From the IMG/VR virus record IMGVR_UViG_3300021961_000062, positions 1 to 64,000 of that record: a stretch of 64,000 bases of DNA. One strand, written 5' to 3'. A model generated the notes under the pieces. It was not told the origin of the DNA. It made no database searches and saw only the letters and a list, made by a program, of their open reading frames with translations. The stretch is from an uncultured virus (IMG/VR IMGVR_UViG_3300021961_000062). Its lineage: Duplodnaviria > Heunggongvirae > Uroviricota > Caudoviricetes. A program made the translations under genes and the position numbers. Below, one piece after another: positions 20,393 through 29,998 of this stretch (positions within the stretch are counted from its first letter, which is position 1; every line of letters begins with the position of its first letter).

Positions 20393-20723
20393 CGTCTTTT
20401 AGTTCTATAGTCATTTGGTTATTTAAGACTCTAAAACATTCCATAAAACCGTCTAATTCGATCTCCTCCCTACTATTTCTTGACGATTGTTGTGGACATA
20501 TAACCCTCCCATCACCTAATGTGATAATGTAAAGCCATTGATTAGGTCCGAACCTCTCTACTGTCAAATATACCTTTTCTTTATCGAAGAAATAGTAAAG
20601 TTTCTTCGACTCAAACAGATATAGTGTGGAAAGTCCAATCACACCCACATATGGAAACATTACCTCAACAAACCTTTGGTATGCTTGAGGGTAAACGATT
20701 TTTATTTTCTTCCAGTTTATCAT
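20379..20723 (-). CDS. Hypothetical protein
   Basis: 114-aa ORF. Confidence 0.55.
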   Translation of the reverse strand: MINWKKIKIVYPQAYQRFVEVMFPYVGVIGLSTLYLFESKKLYYFFDKEKVYLTVERFGPNQWLYIITLGDGRVICPQQSSRNSREEIELDGFMECFRVLNNQMTIELKDGVKN

Positions 20724-20766
20724 ACTATAATATACAAATTTATGTTTTGATTGTATATTTATTAAT

Positions 20767-21405
20767 ATGAAAATTAAACTGACAGAGTCTCAATTAATAA
20801 ATATCATCAAGGAAGAGGATATTTCATCTGTCGACGCATTTGGTAAACTATTAGATAAGATCGCATTTTTATCTACAGACGCCGATGCCCCTATGTCCGA
20901 TGAAGACAAAGAAACATTTCTTGATCTTCTCGATAATGGTCAGATAAACCCAAACTTCGACCCTGAGTCCGCATCTCCCGAGAGTTTTAAACAAATAGAC
21001 ATGCTTCCTTTAGTTGATACTAAAGTGAATAGTCCTTATGGTCCGAGGAGTATCGGTGGGGGTGCTAGTAAGAATCATGGTGGTGTAGATTTAAGTGCTA
21101 AATCAGGAACTGAAGTTTATAGTGTTGCTAATGGGACTGTGGAGGCCGCTAAAGATACAACACCGAATGGGTGTGGGGGATTTGTCAAAATAAACCACGG
21201 GGAATACCAAACAAAATACTGTCACCTTAAAAAATGGTCGGTAAAAGAGGGGGATTCGGTGGTTAAAGGTCAGCTTATTGGTTGGTCGGGTGGTGCATCA
21301 AATGACCCATTTAAAGGTAATTCTATGGGGGCTCACTTACACTATGAAGTTTTGCGAAACGGTAAAAACATTAACCCCGCAAACGTTCACGACGAATTGG
21401 CATAA
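20767..21405 (+). CDS. M23 peptidase with head-targeting-like leader
   Basis: HGGVD, YCHL, HLHYE zinc motifs; MKIKLTESQL leader; TATTTAT 4 nt upstream. Confidence 0.88.
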   Translation: MKIKLTESQLINIIKEEDISSVDAFGKLLDKIAFLSTDADAPMSDEDKETFLDLLDNGQINPNFDPESASPESFKQIDMLPLVDTKVNSPYGPRSIGGGASKNHGGVDLSAKSGTEVYSVANGTVEAAKDTTPNGCGGFVKINHGEYQTKYCHLKKWSVKEGDSVVKGQLIGWSGGASNDPFKGNSMGAHLHYEVLRNGKNINPANVHDELA

Positions 21406-21452
21406 ACTTTTGTATAAATTCCTATAATTATAGTTGTTCACACTATAATATT

Positions 21453-21689
21453 ATGGAAATAATTGATTTTTATTATGACGAAGACGAACAAAAATTAGAT
21501 GTTCGTTTCACCACCGATCCCGAAAGTGATTTTTATAGAACAGTTTCTCTAACCTTAGAAGATATACTTTACTATACCCCAATAATAATAGATGAAGAAG
21601 ATCTGTTAGATTTAGAAGAAGATTTTATTATTGAATTGTTGGTAGAATACTATAGGGAAAACGATTTACCCGAAGAGGAACTATTCTAA
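21453..21689 (+). CDS. Very acidic small protein
   Basis: 78 aa, strongly Asp/Glu-rich. Confidence 0.55.
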   Translation: MEIIDFYYDEDEQKLDVRFTTDPESDFYRTVSLTLEDILYYTPIIIDEEDLLDLEEDFIIELLVEYYRENDLPEEELF

Positions 21690-21690
21690 C

Positions 21691-22281
21691 TTACTCTCCC
21701 TTAGTTGCGTACTTGACACCCATTATTGTGCCGATAATACTAAATGAGTTGGTTAATAAGATACCAAACAAGTTGGACCACGTTGATTCCACAATTGCGG
21801 ATTCCTTACCAGTAATCAGGGTGTACCAAAATAAACATGTGGTTAATAGTCCAACCCCTATAATAACATAAAGGGCGACTTTAACTATTTTACCCATTAA
21901 TTCAAATTGGGTTCGTTTTTGTAAGCTGTCTAAATCTTCTAACGCTCCGTCTCTTAGTTTTTCAGCCTCATCCCTTAAGATTTCCGCATTTTTTCTGGCT
22001 AATTCAGTTGTGTGTAACGATTCTTTTAATTCTTCATTGATTCTCTTATTCTCTTTATTTAAGATAACCAATTCGTTATTTTGACTTTGTACTTGTTTAG
22101 TGATTTCTAATCTCTTTCTGCGAGATTCGTTATCACGTTTTTTACATTGGTCTATGTATTCTTTAAAATCGGCATCGTCATCATCGGGGACAATTAATTT
22201 TATAATATTACCTTCTAGAAATACTTTCTTTTCTTTAGATAATTTAATAAGTGAATCCCTATCTGATTTGGATAATTTCAT
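21691..22281 (-). CDS. Coiled-coil protein with two C-terminal TM helices
   Basis: Last gene of the two-component operon. Confidence 0.6.
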   Translation of the reverse strand: MKLSKSDRDSLIKLSKEKKVFLEGNIIKLIVPDDDDADFKEYIDQCKKRDNESRRKRLEITKQVQSQNNELVILNKENKRINEELKESLHTTELARKNAEILRDEAEKLRDGALEDLDSLQKRTQFELMGKIVKVALYVIIGVGLLTTCLFWYTLITGKESAIVESTWSNLFGILLTNSFSIIGTIMGVKYATKGE

Positions 22282-22288
22282 TAGTTAA

Positions 22289-22726
22289 TTATTTGTAGAT
22301 CTTGAATGGTGCGGTTTTGTTTTTGTACCCATCATAATCTTTTTTAAATTCTTCTAAACGAGGTTCGATATCGTCTGATTTTATAATCCAAAATTGAGCA
22401 CCTACCTCTTTAGCTTTAACAATTTCTAATTCATCTTGTGAAGAAGATATGATTCCAATAACACAACCATTACCATACTCGGTGTTTATTTTTCGTATCA
22501 TCTCAATACCGTCGAAGGTAGAGCCAATGATGTTTAAGTCAACAAATACACATTCGGGACGCTCGTGGTTCGGGTCGTCTGGAAACCACTTTTTAAATAA
22601 TTTATCGGCCTCATCAGAGGAATCGATTGCCTCAATTGATAATGCCATGTCCAATAAAGAACATGCATCTTCAAATACTAAATGAAATAGATTCTCATCA
22701 TCAATTAACATTAGTGTATCTATCAT
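22289..22726 (-). CDS. Single-domain response regulator (receiver)
   Basis: LIDD, VFVDLN phospho-Asp, IISSS, IIKS. Confidence 0.88.
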   Translation of the reverse strand: MIDTLMLIDDENLFHLVFEDACSLLDMALSIEAIDSSDEADKLFKKWFPDDPNHERPECVFVDLNIIGSTFDGIEMIRKINTEYGNGCVIGIISSSQDELEIVKAKEVGAQFWIIKSDDIEPRLEEFKKDYDGYKNKTAPFKIYK

Positions 22727-22734
22727 GGTTTTTT

Positions 22735-24003
22735 TTAATTTATTTTTATTTTTATTTTAGTTCCATTTTCAGTTTTTTCCGCCTCAACACTAAAACCATG
22801 TTCCTTCAAGATTTCGATACAGATATTTAAACCTAATCCCGTACCCTCCTCTTTTTGGTTTTGTCTTCTAGTATATGGTTTGGATAGATAGATGAACTCT
22901 TCATTGGTGAGTCCCCTACCATTATCTTCTATAATTATCTCTTTATTCCCTTCTTCACTAACAACTAAATAAATTTTTACCCACTTTGTTGATGAATCGT
23001 TATACTTAAGTCCATTTCTAATTAAATTATCAATGGCGGTACAAAAAAGGGCTTCGTTCACCTCTATAGATTCAGGTAAATTATTATCTAAATGTACTTG
23101 ATTAGAGTATGCGGTTAATTTCAAATATTCAGAAAGTATGTTCTTTACATTACAATTAGATTTTGACATTTGGGCATTCTGTTTTACTAAATTTGTAAAC
23201 TCGTACACCCCCGCATAAACCTTTCTTGCGTGTGACAATCCATCTTCTATTAGTTTTAATGGGGACCCAATCTTTAAAGATAAAATCTGTTCTTCGGTTA
23301 ATCTTCTTTTTAGTGAAGTTATACCTCTAGGTATGTATGTGTTGATTCCTGAGTGCATGTCATGCCGAATGATCTTCGACGCGTGTTCTAAATAAACCGA
23401 TTTTTGTTGGACTTTCATCTCAGCCTCGTGTTGTTGTGTAACATCTGTGGCTATTTTTAAAACTGCGTCATAAACTCCTTCTTTGTTTTTTATAGGAGTA
23501 TAATTACCAAACAACCAAACACTTTTTCCGTCCTTACCTACTCTTTCAAATTCACCACTTACGTTAATACCACTTTTTAATTGATCCCAAAATTCAATAT
23601 ACTCTATACTATTTTTATATTTTTCACTAACTAATTTACTATGGTGTTGCCCAATTAATTCGGACTCAAGATAACCAATAGAATTACAAAAGTTTTTATT
23701 CGCAGATATAAGTTTACCTGACATATCTAGTTTAACCACTAAGTTTGCCGTGTCTATCGCATCTAATTGGATATTAATATTTTCTTCTTTTTGTTTTGTT
23801 ATCTTTAAGAAGTCTTTTACAACATAAAAAAATGGGGGCATAAAGGCAATTACCGATAACCATTCAAAGTAGTGAGTAAATGTTGAGTGGTGGATGTATC
23901 TAAAAACAACTAAAGTTTTAAATACAAAAAAGGTAATCATGATGGTCGCAGCAACTATTAAACACATTCCCGCGGCTTTTGATATGCTTAATGACCTAAC
24001 CAT
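22735..24003 (-). CDS. Membrane PAS sensor histidine kinase
   Basis: 2 TM, PAS/PAC, H-box RHDMHS, NLIRNGLKY, DNGRG, GTGLGL. Confidence 0.92.
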   Translation of the reverse strand: MVRSLSISKAAGMCLIVAATIMITFFVFKTLVVFRYIHHSTFTHYFEWLSVIAFMPPFFYVVKDFLKITKQKEENINIQLDAIDTANLVVKLDMSGKLISANKNFCNSIGYLESELIGQHHSKLVSEKYKNSIEYIEFWDQLKSGINVSGEFERVGKDGKSVWLFGNYTPIKNKEGVYDAVLKIATDVTQQHEAEMKVQQKSVYLEHASKIIRHDMHSGINTYIPRGITSLKRRLTEEQILSLKIGSPLKLIEDGLSHARKVYAGVYEFTNLVKQNAQMSKSNCNVKNILSEYLKLTAYSNQVHLDNNLPESIEVNEALFCTAIDNLIRNGLKYNDSSTKWVKIYLVVSEEGNKEIIIEDNGRGLTNEEFIYLSKPYTRRQNQKEEGTGLGLNICIEILKEHGFSVEAEKTENGTKIKIKIN

Positions 24004-24191
24004 TACAGTTCTGATTTACCTAAACCTAATTTTTCGAATACCCATTTTGATGGGCAGAACTTAGTCCACACCCCGATATTCAACATAACAATAACGAATA
24101 CTACGATCCACCATTCATTTAATAATAATCCTGTGAGCAATACCAATGACATTAAGAGGTATACCGCTCGTATTGAAGTCCATTTTTTCAT
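24003..24191 (-). CDS. Small membrane protein, YgaP/DUF2892-like
   Basis: Two hydrophobic helices and WTKFCP motif; overlaps kinase start. Confidence 0.6.
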   Translation of the reverse strand: MKKWTSIRAVYLLMSLVLLTGLLLNEWWIVVFVIVMLNIGVWTKFCPSKWVFEKLGLGKSEL

Positions 24192-24203
24192 AGTTTTTTT
24201 TTA

Positions 24204-24332
24204 TTAGATCATTGAAATTGTTTGAAAAAAGGCAACGACTAATCTTATCCAAAACCTACGATACCATTTTAATTCTTTAAACTTAGGGTCGTTAAACATA
24301 TCTTCGGGGGTGTCGTATACTTTATATTCCAT
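24204..24332 (-). CDS. Small protein (42 aa), not in the ORF track
   Basis: MEYKVYDTPEDMFNDPKFKELKWYRRFWIRLVVAFFQTISMI; first ORF after TATTTAT 24350-24356. Confidence 0.55.
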   Translation of the reverse strand: MEYKVYDTPEDMFNDPKFKELKWYRRFWIRLVVAFFQTISMI

Positions 24333-24414
24333 AACATATTAATTTATATATAAATATTGGGTCATATAGTAAATGGGGTCGCAACAATTATCCTTTTGTG
24401 GGATATTTATGTGT

Positions 24415-24786
24415 ATGAGTTTTTTAGATAAGAATAAACAGAGTAAAATTGTGGAGTTCGTTAAGTTCGTAAAGAACGAATTGGGACTTAAAAAAACCCC
24501 CACCATTAAACTATTAAATGGTAGGGGCGATCTTAAGACAACGGCACATTACAACTACTCAAACCCTGAAAAAATCATCAAGGTGAATGCAAAAAATCGT
24601 CACATAGTTGATGTGATGAGAAGTATTGCCCATGAAATGGTTCACCACAAACAATGGGAAGACGGAAAATTGGATGGACCCAAGCCACCGGACATTGGTG
24701 GTGAAATAGAAGACGAGGCGAATGCTAAAGCGGGTCAGTTCATTAAATTGTTTTCCAAGGAGGATTCAACAATTTATGACGAGTGA
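24415..24786 (+). CDS. Zincin-like metallopeptidase
   Basis: IAHEMVH HExxH and downstream EDEAN; ATG 24415 is 4 nt after TATTTAT. Confidence 0.65.
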   Translation: MSFLDKNKQSKIVEFVKFVKNELGLKKTPTIKLLNGRGDLKTTAHYNYSNPEKIIKVNAKNRHIVDVMRSIAHEMVHHKQWEDGKLDGPKPPDIGGEIEDEANAKAGQFIKLFSKEDSTIYDE

Positions 24787-25157
24787 TTTTTATTAATCAC
24801 TCTATTAATCTCATCGTAAATCCTTAGAGTTAGTTCTTCGTACCCCCGATCAAATTTAAACTTATCCTGATGAACTTTACACGAATGTATTATCGTGGCG
24901 TGGTCTCTGTCTAATATACTTCCTGTTTGGGAGTATGTATACCCAAATTTGTATCTCATTATATAAGAGAATATTTGTCTCGAATCTACAATTCGACTAA
25001 ATCGTTGTTTAGAGGTAATCTCATTTATAGTAACGTCAGATTCTTCACAAACAATCCTTAAAATATCTAATGGAGATATGGGTAGTTTTTTGGACATTCT
25101 ACTGCGTATTCTTAAGTTCGGATCAATACCGGGATAAATGTAGGGACTTAGTTTCAT
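24774..25157 (-). CDS. DnaA C-terminal-like HTH protein
   Basis: SRQIFSY...YSQTG..LDRDHATIIHS. Confidence 0.8.
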   Translation of the reverse strand: MKLSPYIYPGIDPNLRIRSRMSKKLPISPLDILRIVCEESDVTINEITSKQRFSRIVDSRQIFSYIMRYKFGYTYSQTGSILDRDHATIIHSCKVHQDKFKFDRGYEELTLRIYDEINRVINKNHSS

Positions 25158-25158
25158 G

Positions 25159-25734
25159 TTAAAATCGATGTAGTTTAATCTCTAAATGGGACTCTATGGC
25201 TTTATCGTATTGGTTACCTCCCACCATAATGTTCGTGTAAAACACTTGGGAGGTTAGTGTAAGAACGTTAGAAGGCATTGCCCCATAGGTATCCAAACTA
25301 AACGTGTATCTTGTCTTAGAACCTTCGTAATCGGTTTCTATGACAGTCGACTCTGTACAATATATACAAGGAAACCAAACATACATCTGTTCATTAGAAA
25401 GATCATCGGTAATTAGTAACATGTTATAGTCGAATTCCCACTTAGTTGTGGTGATATCGAATCTCCTATTAATCACAGTATTCTCAAAATCTTGGGAAAG
25501 AATGAGTTCATTGTTAGGGGTAACCCCTGTAACAATGAAATTACTAACCGCAGCTCTATCGTGGTCAAGTACCACAACATCACTATCGTAATTAACCTTA
25601 TCTATCACCACATTAATGTCAACGACATCCCACCTACCATTAAGATTTAATTGGGGGTTACTGGGTTGTTCATATACTTCACAACTAAAAAGAGAGTGAA
25701 GAAGTATAAGTAAAACAAAAAGTGACTTTTTCAT
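25159..25734 (-). CDS. Lipoprotein, beta-rich (lipocalin-like)
   Basis: Lipobox LFSC; LNGRW motif. Confidence 0.6.
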   Translation of the reverse strand: MKKSLFVLLILLHSLFSCEVYEQPSNPQLNLNGRWDVVDINVVIDKVNYDSDVVVLDHDRAAVSNFIVTGVTPNNELILSQDFENTVINRRFDITTTKWEFDYNMLLITDDLSNEQMYVWFPCIYCTESTVIETDYEGSKTRYTFSLDTYGAMPSNVLTLTSQVFYTNIMVGGNQYDKAIESHLEIKLHRF

Positions 25735-25737
25735 ATT

Positions 25738-25881
25738 CTAAAGTTTAAAGGTTTGCTCACATATGAAATCATTCATTTTTAACATTTGATTTCTAATGTG
25801 TAGTTTTTTCCTACAGTTCGGTCCACACGTTTTTTTATTTGAGTAACCTTCTATTGGTTTACTACAGATAACGCATTTCAT
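25738..25881 (-). CDS. Small zinc-ribbon protein (47 aa), not in the ORF track
   Basis: MKCVICSKP...KTCGPNCR; ATGA overlap with the upstream gene. Confidence 0.6.
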   Translation of the reverse strand: MKCVICSKPIEGYSNKKTCGPNCRKKLHIRNQMLKMNDFICEQTFKL

Positions 25882-26099
25882 CTTTTATTCTTTTTACGTT
25901 TCTTTTTTTTCTTGGGTTCCCCGTAGTATGGGTTATTTGGTCCGTATTTGTTTTGTTTTGTGTTCTTATAGTAAGGTACTGCGACAGACTTAGGTATACC
26001 AACTCTGTTCTTGTATACTCTGGGACAGTGATAACACGCACAAGAGGTAAACACGAAACTAACAAGAATGATTAAAATTCCACTAATATTCCTTTTCAT
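25878..26099 (-). CDS. Basic lipoprotein
   Basis: MKRNISGILIILVSFVFTSC lipobox; TATATTTG promoter at 26104-26111 with TTTG upstream. Confidence 0.6.
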   Translation of the reverse strand: MKRNISGILIILVSFVFTSCACYHCPRVYKNRVGIPKSVAVPYYKNTKQNKYGPNNPYYGEPKKKKKRKKNKR

Positions 26100-26167
26100 A
26101 ATACAAATATAGGTATTTTTTTGATATCCATACAAAATTCAAAAATTATTTTGGATATTTATATATT

Positions 26168-26398
26168 ATGAAAATAATGGTATCCGAAAAACAGTTAATA
26201 TCCGTACTTAGAAGACAATCGGAAATGAGGGAACAAGAATCAGGTGGGGATACCCCAACTGACACCGGAATCCCCAAAATGTCTGATAGGGTTGGTCGTG
26301 ATGGACCGGCAAACCAAATAGGTTTGACTAAATGGGAAACTATCGTAGGATCTAAGGTTAGTAGGGGTCCCGCTAATCCCTTATGGAAAAAATCGTAA
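26168..26398 (+). CDS. Putative head-packaged small protein
   Basis: MKIMVSEKQL leader; TATTTAT 5 nt upstream. Confidence 0.55.
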   Translation: MKIMVSEKQLISVLRRQSEMREQESGGDTPTDTGIPKMSDRVGRDGPANQIGLTKWETIVGSKVSRGPANPLWKKS

Positions 26399-27693
26399 AA
26401 ATGGTAGTACAAAGAAGTTTAATACTAGAGAGACATAATCAATTAGTTAATTACAATGGTTATGCAACGGGTATGATACCCAAAATCGTTAATCAACCAA
26501 AGAGAAACTATGTATTTGAGTGTCATTTAACTGTTGATGAGAGATATTTTGTTTTACATGACGAAGTCTTTGATATAAAAGAACAAACTACCTTAGGTAA
26601 TATTTGGGACTCGATTGATAATTTTAAAACAATTTTTAAAAACGTCAATATTGATAATTCCGATTATAAACAAATACAAGAAGGTTGGGAATCATTACCT
26701 ATTTTAGAGGGTGTTGGAAATTTACACGCAATTAGAGATTATCTGATTGAAGCGGATTTTTTCGGTAGTGTGTGGAACGGAATTAAAGATGTTGGGGGAT
26801 GGGTCGCGGATAAAGTTGTTGATGCAGGTAAAGGAATTGCCCAATTCGCCAAAGATTCATGGGAAGGAGTTAAAAAAATTGGTATCGCAATATCTAAAGG
26901 TGATTGGTCTGAAATACTTAGTTTATTGGGTAAGGGTGTACTTTGGATACTTAGAAAACTTAAGAGTGCAGCATATAGTACGTTAGGTATTATTGTGGAT
27001 GCAATCTTGGTTGCTACGGGTATCGGTAAAACCGCTCAAATAGTGGTGTGGGGGTTAATCACCGCATTGGATGTTTATCAGTTAATCAATAATGACTATC
27101 CGGCCGAGGATGCGAATAATCCTATGTGGTATAAAATATTAGAACTTGGTTTTGATATTTTAGGTTTGGTGAGTGCCGGTGTCGCTGCTAAGGGGGCAAG
27201 AGCATTCTTCAGTCCGTTTAAAGCTTTAAAACCAACTCAAATGGCAGCCAAAGTGGCTAAAAGTCCACGAATGAAGAGTTTTATAAAAAAGATATATGAA
27301 GCATCCAAAAGTGGTGCATCTAAAATGAAATCTATCCAAAAAACTGTTTCTTCTAAGTGGGGTGCCGGTGGAAGATTCATAGGTAATATTATGGGTGGTT
27401 TAGGAAAGTTCATTGGAAAACTACAAGAGTGGTGTGGTAAAGTTTTAGGTAGATCCAACCTAAAAGGAGTACAGAATGCGAAAGTTGCTAAGGGTGGTGT
27501 ACAAACAGTTAAAACCGCTGGTGAATTTGCTAAGAGAGGAGGAAAGGCGGCGGCACTTGCCACTACCGTAACTTACGGTGCCGAAAAATTATTTGGTGGG
27601 GGCGAAACCTCGGCCGATGATGCTAATGTTAACAACTTAGATGTTAGCGGTGTTGATTTCAGTAACGCCGAAATCGATCAAAATGAATTTTAA
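26383..27693 (+). CDS. Putative virion/ejection protein with amphipathic and hydrophobic helices
   Basis: Gly/Ala-rich hydrophobic helices; late operon. Confidence 0.5.
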   Translation: MEKIVKMVVQRSLILERHNQLVNYNGYATGMIPKIVNQPKRNYVFECHLTVDERYFVLHDEVFDIKEQTTLGNIWDSIDNFKTIFKNVNIDNSDYKQIQEGWESLPILEGVGNLHAIRDYLIEADFFGSVWNGIKDVGGWVADKVVDAGKGIAQFAKDSWEGVKKIGIAISKGDWSEILSLLGKGVLWILRKLKSAAYSTLGIIVDAILVATGIGKTAQIVVWGLITALDVYQLINNDYPAEDANNPMWYKILELGFDILGLVSAGVAAKGARAFFSPFKALKPTQMAAKVAKSPRMKSFIKKIYEASKSGASKMKSIQKTVSSKWGAGGRFIGNIMGGLGKFIGKLQEWCGKVLGRSNLKGVQNAKVAKGGVQTVKTAGEFAKRGGKAAALATTVTYGAEKLFGGGETSADDANVNNLDVSGVDFSNAEIDQNEF

Positions 27694-27724
27694 TAGGAAT
27701 AAAATATTTATATAAAAAAAGACA

Positions 27725-29998
27725 ATGAAATTATTAGATATCATATTGGAGAATAAAGTACCATCAGATCAGATGGAACAGGCCAGTCTCCTAAAAAACT
27801 TATTTAAAAACTCTACGAAGAATTTATCGGTTTTAACCCATGACGGATTAAAGGCGGTCGATTCTGTTTTAGCGAAAGACATTAAAGCCGTTTTTAAATC
27901 AAGAACCATAACTGGAGTGAAGAATCTTGATGATTTAGTTGTACAGATGTCTAAAGGAACACTTTCAGCGAAAGGTGCTGGGGATTTAGCCGTTGGTTTA
28001 CTAAAAACAAAAGGAGTTAGTTCCATACAAATTAGACAAGTTGCCACTCAGTGGGTAGAACAACCCGGATTCATAAAAGCATGGGCCTCTAGAGGAAAAA
28101 ATCCAACAGTTAAGGAGTTGATGGCATCGGGTAAAGGTTATACTGAGGACGCGGCGAAGGAGATTGTTGCGGCATGTAAAAAGAGTAATAAATTCCAAAA
28201 CAGCATTAAAAACGTAACAGGTACGACGGGTAAAACAGGTGCATCTACAGGTAAAACAGGCGCATCTTCAGGTAAAGGTGGGACACCAAAACCTGGAGGA
28301 GCAGGATCGGTACCTCCGATATCAACATGGCAAAGAATTAAAAACGCGGCAAAATCACCAGGAAAGACCTTAATTAAAGGTGCGACCAAGGTGGTTAATG
28401 TTGCTAGAAAAGGTTATAGAAGTTATGGTTTTATAAAATTAATGACTTGGTTGGCGGTATTTGGTATTGGCGGAATTATGTTATACGATTTATGGAAAAA
28501 ATTAATTGGGGGGTCTGACACAATTCCAACCGACGACGAATTAAGAAAAATGGACGATTGGGTAAATTGTATTTTAAAACCTTTACAGGATGATGATGGC
28601 GCTGAGATTGTTGAGGCAGGTGATGAAGTAGGTTTGAAATACAGTATCGCCGAATTAGGTGGTGTGGAAACTGGTGGACACGTTATTTTCTATTCAGACC
28701 ATACTATTAAATCCGCTAACGGTAATACAGGAACGTGGTCATGTAATCAAGATGGATTACTAAGCGAACAGCAGTCAGAGGGTGGTGGAGAATTATCCGC
28801 AGCTCAGTTGAGTGCAGTAATTGACGAATTAGACGATCAACTTAGTGGTGATTTCTTTGAGTCTGACAGTACCGATATGATGGATGCTCTTAATGCGTTA
28901 AGAGGGGTTGTTGGTAAAACCTATAAAGGAAGAGATGCTATCGAGATCCTTAAGATAAACTACCCCAAAGTAGTTGGTATGTCCTTAGAACAACATGTTA
29001 ATGAATTGACCAATTTAGACTTCGAGGCAATTGAGGCGAAAGAAGATTTCTTAAATATTTTGAGATCATCAAACTCAGGTGGGGGTCAACAACAATCGGG
29101 CGATTCTGATAATGCAGATACTTCACAGGGAGACGGAAATCCAAACACAGGACTTTCACATCTTACCATCACATGGGATTCCGCGGATAATGGTGGTGGA
29201 GGCGGAGGAGGAGCCATTATAGATAATTCAAACATCAAATTCAAACCATGTGGAGATTTCCCATTTGATTTGGGTTGTATTAGTGACAAAATTAAAGAAT
29301 TACAGACATGTTTAAATAAAACAGGATCAGTCCTCAAAGTAGATGGTTACTACGGTAAAAAGACACACAAAGATCTTTTAGATATGGAAATGTTCGCTGA
29401 TGGGGACTCTAACGATACTATCATCACTAAAGTAATGTTTGACAACTTCATGAAGAGGTGTGATGATAATAATACTATTGTGACAACTGGAGATACAACC
29501 ACAACTTCAGGAACGACCACAGGTGATACAGCTACCGTTTCGGGGTCAACTACTGATGACACCACTCAAACAGTTGAGGTACCTGTATTGGATACAAGGG
29601 CAATGATTGATAAGTTCGGTGCTGAAAGATTGGAAAACATCAAAAAGATGACAGTCGACGGTAAAGTAATCAACGATATAATGGAAGACTATTTAGACTT
29701 TAGAAGTGGTAAATACGTTCTTAAAGGTGAAGTTGAGTTAACCGAGAATCAGTTATATGCAATTAATAGAGTAATGTCAGGTAGAGGTTATGTTTTCTTA
29801 AAAGATAAGGAAAAGGCCAATGACCAAGGTGAAGTAGTATTCTCAAAATATGTATGGGTGGCTGATAGAACATTAGATAATAAATCCAGAAGAGAGATTA
29901 GACGTACCGCACGTTCTAACGAAAGAGCGGGTAGAAGAATCGATAGAGCTCAAGACAGATTAGATAATTTAAAAGCACAAACTTATGATGGTCAATAA
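27725..29998 (+). CDS. Large putative virion protein with TM helix and PG-binding-like motif
   Basis: MKLLDIILE leader; TM LMTWLAVFGIGGIMLY; LQTCLN...LKVDGYYGKKT; TATTTAT 27705-27711. Confidence 0.55.
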   Translation: MKLLDIILENKVPSDQMEQASLLKNLFKNSTKNLSVLTHDGLKAVDSVLAKDIKAVFKSRTITGVKNLDDLVVQMSKGTLSAKGAGDLAVGLLKTKGVSSIQIRQVATQWVEQPGFIKAWASRGKNPTVKELMASGKGYTEDAAKEIVAACKKSNKFQNSIKNVTGTTGKTGASTGKTGASSGKGGTPKPGGAGSVPPISTWQRIKNAAKSPGKTLIKGATKVVNVARKGYRSYGFIKLMTWLAVFGIGGIMLYDLWKKLIGGSDTIPTDDELRKMDDWVNCILKPLQDDDGAEIVEAGDEVGLKYSIAELGGVETGGHVIFYSDHTIKSANGNTGTWSCNQDGLLSEQQSEGGGELSAAQLSAVIDELDDQLSGDFFESDSTDMMDALNALRGVVGKTYKGRDAIEILKINYPKVVGMSLEQHVNELTNLDFEAIEAKEDFLNILRSSNSGGGQQQSGDSDNADTSQGDGNPNTGLSHLTITWDSADNGGGGGGGAIIDNSNIKFKPCGDFPFDLGCISDKIKELQTCLNKTGSVLKVDGYYGKKTHKDLLDMEMFADGDSNDTIITKVMFDNFMKRCDDNNTIVTTGDTTTTSGTTTGDTATVSGSTTDDTTQTVEVPVLDTRAMIDKFGAERLENIKKMTVDGKVINDIMEDYLDFRSGKYVLKGEVELTENQLYAINRVMSGRGYVFLKDKEKANDQGEVVFSKYVWVADRTLDNKSRREIRRTARSNERAGRRIDRAQDRLDNLKAQTYDGQ
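28225..28276 (+). repeat. 21-nt tandem repeat encoding TGKTGAS linker
   Basis: GGTAAAACAGG(T/C)GCATCT twice plus a partial third unit. Confidence 0.7.

Noticed and set aside
6503..24003. Host chromosomal DNA or a prophage boundary
   Set aside because: Cell-like genes are interleaved with phage-promoter genes at similar composition; no integrase or housekeeping synteny
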